IMG/VR virus record: IMGVR_UViG_3300032225_001806
Coordinates: 1-43,273 of that record
Length of the DNA: 43,273 bases
Reading direction: 5' to 3' (one strand)
From: a virus
Taxonomy: Duplodnaviria > Caudoviricetes
The position numbers and the translations under genes were made by a program. Each line of letters starts with the position of its first letter. Within the stretch, counting starts at the first letter, position 1. Below, in pieces: positions 28,443 to 35,159 of this stretch. The notes below the pieces were generated by a model that saw only the letters and a program-made list of their open reading frames with translations, was not told where the DNA came from and searched no databases.

Positions 28443-29788
28443 AGCCCTTCTACGGAGTTGTTGATGTAGTTATCTACGCTAGCAAAATTATTTTGGTTCT
28501 GCTTAATATTTTCGGAGTAGGTGTCAAAGACCAACTTGACTGCCTGTTGCTCGTGGGAAGCAAACTTATTCAGGTAGGAATAGACAGCAAAGTCGTACCC
28601 CAATGTATCCATGTTAAACATGAACGCGCAAAGACCACGAGTGGACACAGGAGTTTCCAATTCGTCATTGTCAAACTGTTGGCGCAACTTGGCAGCCATA
28701 TCTAGGACTGCCTTGTTGGTGATGAGTTTGGCTTCGATACTTGGGTCGTATGGGAACTCTAAGACCATAGAGAATCTGTCTGCCCATGCTTGGTTAAGCG
28801 GTCGTGTGCCACGATAGTTTGGATTCATATCACCCAAGATAAGCAATTCAGGGTGAGCCTTGATGACTTCGCCGTCCTTATCCGCAAGTTGGATTTCGCG
28901 CCTGTCATCAAGGAGCGAAAACAATGCGGTGGAGATTCTTTCAGGCAAGAAGTTGATTTCGTTGATGAGCAACACGCCACCATTACGGACAAGGTGCGTG
29001 ACTGCTCCGTCTACCCAACGCAACGAACCGTCAGGTTGTGGATTCCACTTGCCGAACAACTGTGTGGTGTCCACGCCTGCGTGTGATGAGATGTTGTAGT
29101 AGCGGTAGCCACGCTTGGCAGCGTAAGCGACCACGCTCATGGTCTTACCTGAACCTGCATGACCTTTGATGAGAATGTTCTTGTGGTCGCGCATAGCCAC
29201 ATCATAGGTGTCAAACTCTGTGACCTTGCCAATAATTTTGCGCTGAATGTATGACTCCGCAATCTCAATGGGCGGAATAATTGCCAATTCTGTGACAGGA
29301 GCAGCCCCGACCATGACAGGTCGTTCTACTTGCGTAATGGGTGCGTATTCCATGACAGGAGCAGGAGCAGAAAAAATTGGCGCGGAAGTGACTTGTCCTG
29401 TACCACCAAAGAGAACTACATGGGAGCGGAAGTAAGGAGAGACCAATTCTTGTGACTGTGACTTGACTGCTTCTGTCAAATTTGCGACTGCGTTCAGGTG
29501 GTGGTCAAAGCCTTCGGGATAGGTATCCATGACAGGCTCAATGCTCACCAACTTGGTGGCGAGTCCTGTGACCTTGCCAATGCGTAGGTCACGCTCGTCA
29601 GCAGGCTGAACTGTCATGCCGACAATCTTGGTGACAGCAGGATTCGCTCCTGTGTGGTTGCCAATTTTCCATGCTTCGCCACGACCACGCGCACCTGTGG
29701 AAGTGCGGTAGAAGTTGCCATGCTCTGTGACGAGCGACTGTGCTTTGCCACCTTCTATGGTGGACTCAATCAGTAGTGCAACGCTCAT
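28439..29788 (-). CDS. MoxR/CobS-type AAA+ ATPase
   Basis: Walker A GHAGSGKT, WVDG, Walker B LLINEIN, MNPNYRGT, ADRF; adjacent to vWA gene. Confidence 0.9.
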   Translation of the reverse strand: MSVALLIESTIEGGKAQSLVTEHGNFYRTSTGARGRGEAWKIGNHTGANPAVTKIVGMTVQPADERDLRIGKVTGLATKLVSIEPVMDTYPEGFDHHLNAVANLTEAVKSQSQELVSPYFRSHVVLFGGTGQVTSAPIFSAPAPVMEYAPITQVERPVMVGAAPVTELAIIPPIEIAESYIQRKIIGKVTEFDTYDVAMRDHKNILIKGHAGSGKTMSVVAYAAKRGYRYYNISSHAGVDTTQLFGKWNPQPDGSLRWVDGAVTHLVRNGGVLLINEINFLPERISTALFSLLDDRREIQLADKDGEVIKAHPELLILGDMNPNYRGTRPLNQAWADRFSMVLEFPYDPSIEAKLITNKAVLDMAAKLRQQFDNDELETPVSTRGLCAFMFNMDTLGYDFAVYSYLNKFASHEQQAVKLVFDTYSENIKQNQNNFASVDNYINNSVEGL

Positions 29789-29900
29789 AGCGTCTATGCC
29801 CCTTTCATAGGCTGTTGGTTACTGCAACAACAGATAATAATGCATTATTCCCGACCACTTGCAATCGGGGGTCTGTTTCTCTGTCCTTGCCGATACCGAA

Positions 29901-29935
29901 AGTGTAAACCACCGCTCGTTAGTTGGCTAGAATAG
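29901..29935 (-). promoter_or_regulatory. Cassette-type promoter for the AAA/vWA operon
   Basis: TAGCCA-N17-TACACT on the minus strand, within the shared CTATTCTAGCCAACTAACGA element. Confidence 0.75.
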
Positions 29936-30375
29936 AAAAATTATCGCGCTTGGACTGATTCTCCAACTATTACCTAAGCAACTAATAGGTAGGTGTATGC
30001 CTGTGTCTGCCTATTCACGACCGCCCCTGCCCACCTGTATTAGCAGATAGCAGCCTGCCCCCGACTCCCCTGCACTTGGTGGCTCCCCTGCACAGTCTTG
30101 CATGTTGGCTAGCAGTAGCCGAACTGTGTAGTTGGCTAGAATAGGCTTGGTGTAGTTGGCTAGAATAGGCTCTCTCTTAGCCTAGTTGGCTAGAATAACT
30201 AATTATTTTGGCTATTATTTGCCCGCGCAGCGTATTCTAGCCGTATGAGTTGGCTAGAATAGAATCTATTCTATCTAATACTGTTGGCTAGAATAAAAGA
30301 TTATTCTATCCAGCATAGTTGGCTAGAATAGAACTCTCTCCCCCACCACCATTCCCAATGGGGTTGGGTGGGTCG

Positions 30376-30409
30376 ACACAAACAAAAGCCCCGCGCTGAC
30401 GGCGGGGCT
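30376..30409 (-). terminator. Rho-independent terminator
   Basis: AGCCCCGC/GCGGGGCT stem followed on the minus strand by TTTGTTTGTGT. Confidence 0.75.
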
Positions 30410-30412
30410 AAA

Positions 30413-30428
30413 TGTTCCATGTGGAACA
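30413..30428. promoter_or_regulatory. parS-like palindrome
   Basis: TGTTCCATGTGGAACA, one mismatch from the parS form TGTTCCACGTGGAACA. Confidence 0.55.
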
Positions 30429-30433
30429 TACGA

Positions 30434-30472
30434 CAAGGGGGCTAGCAGCCACACATTCTGCTAGCCCCCTTG
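30434..30472 (-). terminator. Terminator-like hairpin
   Basis: 15-bp stem CAAGGGGGCTAGCAG / CTGCTAGCCCCCTTG just after the stop at 30481. Confidence 0.7.
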
Positions 30473-30480
30473 CGCTCTAC

Positions 30481-30765
30481 TTACAGGGCAGGGGTTTCCT
30501 GTAAGGAGTCCAGCCCCCTTTTCTTGTATTCGTCACGAATCATATCCATGATGAACAATCGTCTAGATTTCATGCCCGATTTTTCATTTCGTAGGGTGTC
30601 TAGCATGAATCGGACATCATCGTCTATGGTGAGAGTAAAATTGACCCCTTTCACCACTCGTGGCTTGTGTGTGTCGCAGTAAATCTTTGCTGCCCCTGAT
30701 GTGTATTCATGTTGGAATGGTGTGTCACAGGTCTTGCATTTTGAGAGAATTATTTTCGCGCTCAT
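30481..30765 (-). CDS. Zn-finger + ribbon-helix-helix-like DNA-binding protein
   Basis: CKTC...YC..H, then NFTLTIDDDVRFMLDTL...SRRLFIMDMIRDEY; TAAGGA SD. Confidence 0.6.
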   Translation of the reverse strand: MSAKIILSKCKTCDTPFQHEYTSGAAKIYCDTHKPRVVKGVNFTLTIDDDVRFMLDTLRNEKSGMKSRRLFIMDMIRDEYKKRGLDSLQETPAL

Positions 30766-30853
30766 TTATTTCCTTACTGTGTGTAGGTGTGGGTAGGTAG
30801 TGGGCAGGGGTAGCAAGTCGTGGAAGGTCGCATGACCCCTGCCCACCATGTGA

Positions 30854-31333
30854 TTAGAACTTTGCGGAGTCCCAATCTATTCCTTCTGTGTCACTCTGAA
30901 CCTCTTGTGCCAGAAGGAAGTTGTGAAAACCTTCGGGTGGAAGCCCTACCTGCAATCCCATAAGAACAATTCGCCCAAGGTGTGTTGTTTCTAATTTGTA
31001 TCTGCATGAGAATCCGTAGGTGGATAGCAGGGGCAGAATCTCTCCGTAGGCGTACCCAACTGCCATTGTCAATTCGCAGGCGAGCGCAATCTGCAAGCGA
31101 ATCTCGTCGCTTGCACTACTCATATGCTCATCAACTCTCTCCCTGTCATTCGTGCCACCAACTTTTTCAGCCACAGCACTAGCCAGCGAGTCTATCAAGT
31201 TTTCGGCAATATTTTGGTCTTTTGCTGCAAGCACAAGCAAATTGTCTGCAACTGTGACCTGCATTAGCAGCCCCAAGTCCATAGGCTTAGACTCGTTCAC
31301 GAAGTCCAATGCCTGCATTGTAGTGGTACTCAC
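30854..31333 (-). CDS. Hypothetical cassette gene
   Basis: GTG start after GAAGGGG SD and shared promoter; hairpin 30800-30846 downstream. Confidence 0.75.
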   Translation of the reverse strand: MSTTTMQALDFVNESKPMDLGLLMQVTVADNLLVLAAKDQNIAENLIDSLASAVAEKVGGTNDRERVDEHMSSASDEIRLQIALACELTMAVGYAYGEILPLLSTYGFSCRYKLETTHLGRIVLMGLQVGLPPEGFHNFLLAQEVQSDTEGIDWDSAKF

Positions 31334-31408
31334 TCTTACCCCTTCCAGCAGCCCCTTGCTGCTTCATGCCGTCAGTGTATCACCCCACTCGTTAGTTGGC
31401 TAGAATAG
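31334..31408 (-). promoter_or_regulatory. Cassette promoter/leader
   Basis: TAGCCA-N17-TACACT (TG-extended), hairpin AGCAGC-AAGGG-GCTGCT, SD. Confidence 0.8.
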
Positions 31409-31580
31409 GGTCAAACAGCAGCAAATAGCAAATCAAATAGTTTTTATTCTATCCAGCACAGTTGGCTAGAATAAATAATTATTCTATCTAATACTGTTGG
31501 CTAGAATAACTCTCTCTCTTCCCATACTCCCAAGTAAAGAACGGGGTGGGTGGGCCAACACAAACATTCGGCGCAGCCGA

Positions 31581-31612
31581 ACAGGGTGGCTGGCTTGCGC
31601 CAACCACCCTGT
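31581..31612 (-). terminator. Terminator-like hairpin
   Basis: ACAGGGTGGCTGGC-TTGC-GCCAACCACCCTGT after the stop at 31627. Confidence 0.7.
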
Positions 31613-31626
31613 CGGGTGCTAGTGGG

Positions 31627-32157
31627 TCAGGGGGTATCCCACTCGCAAGTTACATCAATCTCAACATCATTCTCATCAAGGGTGACCACAACATCATAGG
31701 TGTCCACAGAATCAAGCCACTTGCGGTCGCTGCCACCAACCCAACCGCAAACGCTGACCTCAACCTGTGGCGCAGAAATAGAAACCTTGTTGCTAATCTG
31801 TTGTGCTAAGTCTTCAAGGTCTGTGTCAATATCTACATCAGAGATTACAAACTCTCCGCTTTCGCCGTTGTCACCGACACTAATCTTGACAATGACATTA
31901 CAGGTGAGGCTCTTGCCCAATGCTTCCGCGAAAATCTCTGCGAACTCTCGTGTCAAGCAATCGCGGTTGTCAATAACAACCTGCCAAGCGTTACGCACCT
32001 GTGCTTCCAACGCAAAGCGCTTCTTGTTTGATGCGCTTGCGAGTGTTGCGTCATACGACAGCGTGGCAGCGGTGTTGATTGTGCCGTCTGCGAGTACGAT
32101 TGTAGCCTGTGGGTCGTACACCGCTTGCGCGGTTGTCGTGCTATCTTGCTCGTTCAT
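31627..32157 (-). CDS. Acidic hypothetical cassette gene
   Basis: ATG 32157 after AAAGGGG SD; D/E-rich C-terminal half. Confidence 0.75.
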   Translation of the reverse strand: MNEQDSTTTAQAVYDPQATIVLADGTINTAATLSYDATLASASNKKRFALEAQVRNAWQVVIDNRDCLTREFAEIFAEALGKSLTCNVIVKISVGDNGESGEFVISDVDIDTDLEDLAQQISNKVSISAPQVEVSVCGWVGGSDRKWLDSVDTYDVVVTLDENDVEIDVTCEWDTP

Positions 32158-32232
32158 ACTTACCCCTTTCGGCAACCCCTTGTTGCCTCATGCCGTCAGT
32201 CTACCATGCCGCTCGTTAGTTGGCTAGAATAG
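32158..32232 (-). promoter_or_regulatory. Cassette promoter/leader
   Basis: TAGCCA-N17-TAGACT (TG-extended), hairpin GGCAAC-AAGGG-GTTGCC, SD. Confidence 0.85.
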
Positions 32233-32402
32233 AAAAAAATGCGGTTTGGCTGATTTGTATTCTATCCAACACACTTCGCTAGAATAACTTATTCTATCCA
32301 GCACAGTTGGTTAGAATAACTCTCTCTCCTCCTAATACTCCTAATAAAGGTGCGGAGGGTGGGAGGGCAAACCGACACAAACTTTTCGCGCTATTCTAGC
32401 GA

Positions 32403-32438
32403 ACTAGCCTGCCCTGCGGGGAAACAGGGCAGGCTAGT
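32403..32438 (-). terminator. Terminator-like hairpin
   Basis: 14-bp stem ACTAGCCTGCCCTG / CAGGGCAGGCTAGT. Confidence 0.75.
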
Positions 32439-32446
32439 CGTGGCTC

Positions 32447-32665
32447 TTACTTACAGGGAATGAATCCTGCCTGCATACCTTCTACAATGGCTAGCGCGTC
32501 TTTCCGCCCTTTCAGACCTCTGCCAACAGGAATCCCATACACATTAGCGATTAGTCGGCGGTAAATACTTAGGGCAGGCTCGCGAGTCAACTGCATTGGC
32601 TTACCGTTGCCGTAGGTGCGTATTTCTATTTCTAGTGCCTTCTTGATGAGCCACAACTGTATCAT
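32447..32665 (-). CDS. Basic hypothetical cassette gene
   Basis: ATG 32665 after the shared SD. Confidence 0.75.
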   Translation of the reverse strand: MIQLWLIKKALEIEIRTYGNGKPMQLTREPALSIYRRLIANVYGIPVGRGLKGRKDALAIVEGMQAGFIPCK

Positions 32666-32740
32666 GCTAACCCCTTTCGGCAACCCCTTGTTGCCTCATG
32701 CCGTCAGTCTACCATGCCGCTCGTTAGTTGGCTAGAATAG
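32666..32740 (-). promoter_or_regulatory. Cassette promoter/leader
   Basis: Near-identical copy of 32158-32232. Confidence 0.85.
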
Positions 32741-32804
32741 AAAAAAATTGCGCGGTTTTTGATTTTTATTCTATCTAACTGAGTTGGCTAGAATAGAGGG
32801 GGAC

Positions 32805-32859
32805 AAAAAAAAGAACTCGCCTAGCCTGCCAACTAGGGGGGTGTGGCAGGCTAGGCGAG
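32805..32859 (-). terminator. Rho-independent terminator
   Basis: 16-bp stem CTCGCCTAGCCTGCCA / TGGCAGGCTAGGCGAG followed by TTCTTTTTTTT on the minus strand. Confidence 0.85.
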
Positions 32860-32867
32860 AGTCTAGG

Positions 32868-33095
32868 TCAGGCTACCGCTCTACGCAGGTAGCCTTGGTG
32901 CTTGCTTGTGGTAACCGAATACTTTCGTGTCTCCAATTCCCAAGCCGATTCGCGGTAGATTCCAATGCACGCGCCGTATGAGAATACGCGGTATTCACCG
33001 CCTACCCACATGCCCGACATGGTATTGCCTTGGAATGGTACATAGTTACCGCTTGACAACATGGCTACAATTTGGCGATAATTCCACTGTTTCAT
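32868..33095 (-). CDS. Small phage protein with SY...KYSVTTSKHQ motif
   Basis: ATG 33095 after the shared SD; motif recurrent in small phage early proteins. Confidence 0.75.
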   Translation of the reverse strand: MKQWNYRQIVAMLSSGNYVPFQGNTMSGMWVGGEYRVFSYGACIGIYRESAWELETRKYSVTTSKHQGYLRRAVA

Positions 33096-33170
33096 ACTTA
33101 CCCCTTTCGGCAACCCCTTGTTGCCTCATGCCGTCAGTCTACCATGCCGTTCGTTAGTTGGCTAGAATAG
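33096..33170 (-). promoter_or_regulatory. Cassette promoter/leader
   Basis: Near-identical copy of 32158-32232. Confidence 0.85.
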
Positions 33171-33330
33171 CCATTCCTGCCTAGTTGGCTAGAATAGAAA
33201 AAAATGCGGTTTGGCTGATTTGTATTCTATCCAACATAGTTGCCTAGAATAGAATCATTCTATCCAACCTAGTCGGCTAGAATAAAACTCTCTCCTCCAT
33301 ACTCCCATATGTAACGGGGTGGGAGGGCCA

Positions 33331-33376
33331 ACACAAACAACGCCCGCCCCACGCCTTTCGGCGTAGGGCGGGCGTT
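33331..33376 (-). terminator. Rho-independent terminator
   Basis: AACGCCCGCCC...GGGCGGGCGTT followed by GTTTGTGT on the minus strand. Confidence 0.75.
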
Positions 33377-33481
33377 CTGTTTAGCGTAGCGCGCCGTCTA
33401 CCTCTAAGTAGATAATTCCAAGCCACACGAGGGCGAGAGGAATGTAGACAAGCACTAGCCAACCGCGTTTAGTTAGCCTCA

Positions 33482-33847
33482 TCACTCACCCCCTAGCCAC
33501 GCGCTGCCGAACGCCATGATATCGTCTAGTCTCTCTACGAGAATCTTGTCGTGCAATTTCTTGGCGGTGGCTGCGCTGAACCGCGCGGAAGGGTGAGCCT
33601 CGAATAGGCGTGAGGTGGCTGTACCAAAGTCAAACGCATGGCGCACCATACGGTAACCGTTACCTGCGTCTGCGTAGGTCACTAGGTACGCCGTAGTCGC
33701 GTAGGTCTTGTGAAACTTGTTGTGAATGGTGGACAATTCCAAGCCACGCGTGACCGAGTCGCCGTAGCGGTCAGTTACAGACGCGCCGTCCCATGATGTT
33801 ACCAAGCCACGCAACTTGGCGGTAGTTGTAGAAGGTAATCCCTGCAT
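33482..33847 (-). CDS. Hypothetical cassette gene
   Basis: ATG after AGGGG SD and a variant of the shared promoter. Confidence 0.7.
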   Translation of the reverse strand: MQGLPSTTTAKLRGLVTSWDGASVTDRYGDSVTRGLELSTIHNKFHKTYATTAYLVTYADAGNGYRMVRHAFDFGTATSRLFEAHPSARFSAATAKKLHDKILVERLDDIMAFGSAWLGGE

Positions 33848-33936
33848 GATAGTATCCCCTAGTGCTTATGGCGCAAGCCCCTTGCTCGTGCCGTTACCCA
33901 AAGCCTACCATGCCGTTCGTTAGTCGGCTAGAATAG
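33848..33936 (-). promoter_or_regulatory. Cassette promoter/leader (variant)
   Basis: TAGCCG-N17-TAGGCT (TG-extended), hairpin CGAGC-AAGGG-GCTTG. Confidence 0.75.
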
Positions 33937-34015
33937 CCCGCGCGCTCGCGCGCGCAGTTTGCTTATTCTAGCCATTGGGGTTGGCTAGAATAGAAATGAC
34001 CCCCCCACCCTTAAA

Positions 34016-34031
34016 TCGAACAGATGTTCGA
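34016..34031. promoter_or_regulatory. LexA (SOS) box, actinobacterial type
   Basis: TCGAAC-AGAT-GTTCGA matches TCGAAC-N4-GTTCGA exactly; intergenic. Confidence 0.7.
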
Positions 34032-34200
34032 ATGTTGACAGGTTTTATGAGCTGGTGGGGGCACTTTTGGCAGGCAGTAGCCGAAAAAGCGGTTTAAATA
34101 ATTGAGGTGGTATTTAACACGCAGTAGCTTATTTGATTTTGTAGAGTAGCTGCGTGTTGGCTATTCTAATTTGTATAATATTTGTGCTATTATGTTTGCC

Positions 34201-34440
34201 ATGTTTGATACATTTGGTTCATGGTTACAGGAACAGCAGGATAGAAAAGACGCGGTTGGTGAGTTTGCGCGTGTAATTTGGACTTCTTTCACCTCGGGGG
34301 ATTGTCCTTATTACAGTGGTGCTTTGGATTGGCGTGAGCATTATAAGCAGACTTTGCCTGATGAAAAATTCGCGGTTGTGAATGGGTTACTAATTGGGGC
34401 ATTTAAGGCATATGCCGATGATATTTTAAACATTAACTAG
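34201..34440 (+). CDS. YozE/SAM-like small protein
   Basis: FGSWLQEQQDRKDAVGEFAR pattern; start uncertain. Confidence 0.55.
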   Translation: MFDTFGSWLQEQQDRKDAVGEFARVIWTSFTSGDCPYYSGALDWREHYKQTLPDEKFAVVNGLLIGAFKAYADDILNIN

Positions 34441-34509
34441 GTGCGTATTGTGCAATAATAGTTATGTGTACACAACGGGGCAGTAGCCCCTTAATTTAGG
34501 AGATATGTA

Positions 34510-34893
34510 ATGGCAACTGTTAGAAAGCCTGTGGTGAAGAACGCGGTTAAGCCTTTGGTTAAGCGTGCTACCACGACCCCTTCTGTAAAAACAACATCAA
34601 AGCCTACTAGAAGCGCTACTTATGATGCTGACACTGCTAAAAAGAAAGCTGAATCTTCTGCAAGGATGAAGACCCGTGCTGATGAATTGAAAGCTTTGAA
34701 GGCTAAAGACCCTGAAGCTTATAAAAAGCGTATGGATGATACTAAGGCTAAAATGAAGTCTTTACAGGCTGCTGGTGCTGCAAGAAAAGATAGTTCTAGC
34801 ACCCCAAGAAAAGCTCAGTCTGGTGCAATGCAGTGTACTAACTGCGGTAACACTTCGCACCCAATTTCGCCAATGCCATCAAAGAGTGACTGA
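34510..34893 (+). CDS. Lys/Ala-rich basic protein with C-terminal CxxC..H
   Basis: AGGAG SD; shares a module with 41135-41713. Confidence 0.7.
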   Translation: MATVRKPVVKNAVKPLVKRATTTPSVKTTSKPTRSATYDADTAKKKAESSARMKTRADELKALKAKDPEAYKKRMDDTKAKMKSLQAAGAARKDSSSTPRKAQSGAMQCTNCGNTSHPISPMPSKSD

Positions 34894-34902
34894 CATCCAA
34901 TA

Positions 34903-35157
34903 ATGGCTGACCTCCAGGGCACGCAAGCGTCCCACCTGCAGTCCCTTGTAAAGGGATTTGGCGTGGGTAATGGTTTGTCTGTCTACAGAGATAACCGCGC
35001 TACGCGTGCCCTGGGGGACATGGACTACAACAAACCGAACGACCCGTTAGCTCATAGTACTGCGTTTTCTAAGATGGAGCAATACCCGAAAGACCCACGG
35101 GTTCTGTATAAATCGTATAACACTTATATTGAACAGAACCCACAAATCCAGAGGTAA
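34903..35157 (+). CDS. Hypothetical protein
   Basis: 84-aa ORF in a tightly packed run. Confidence 0.6.
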   Translation: MADLQGTQASHLQSLVKGFGVGNGLSVYRDNRATRALGDMDYNKPNDPLAHSTAFSKMEQYPKDPRVLYKSYNTYIEQNPQIQR

Positions 35158-35159
35158 CA

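Larger units (their letters stand above)
29922..33992. repeat. Dispersed 13-bp repeat GTTGGCTAGAATA, often as 11-7-11 palindromes
   Basis: Exact copies at 29922, 30131, 30155, 30185, 30249, 30283, 30318, 31395, 31461, 31496, 32219, 32727, 32783, 33157, 33184, 33980; variants at 32274, 32306, 33239, 33272, 33923; all intergenic. Confidence 0.95.

Noticed and set aside
29800-29880. Hammerhead ribozyme in the three-way-junction leader
   Set aside because: The CUGANGA and GAAA core is not present at the junction
31627-33113. Shared N-terminal peptide MPKGVS on three ORFs in the ORF track
   Set aside because: Artefact of a TTG in the repeated leader; KG is the SD AAAGGGG and the true ATGs are at 32157, 32665 and 33095
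30470-33462. Plus-strand ORFs (e.g. 31152-31403, 31700-32227, 32927-33157) and 33277-33462 minus
   Set aside because: Antisense shadows or translations of the repeated non-coding elements, without SD
29922-33992. CRISPR array interpretation of the repeats (a Cas4-like gene is present)
   Set aside because: The repeat is only 13 bp, in-cluster gaps are short and made largely of the inverted arm, clusters are interrupted by genes, and no cas1/cas2 is seen; solo Cas4-like nucleases are common in phages
30330-33995. Classical integron with attC sites
   Set aside because: No integron integrase in the window, no RYYYAAC...GTTRRRY long hairpins, and each cassette has its own promoter
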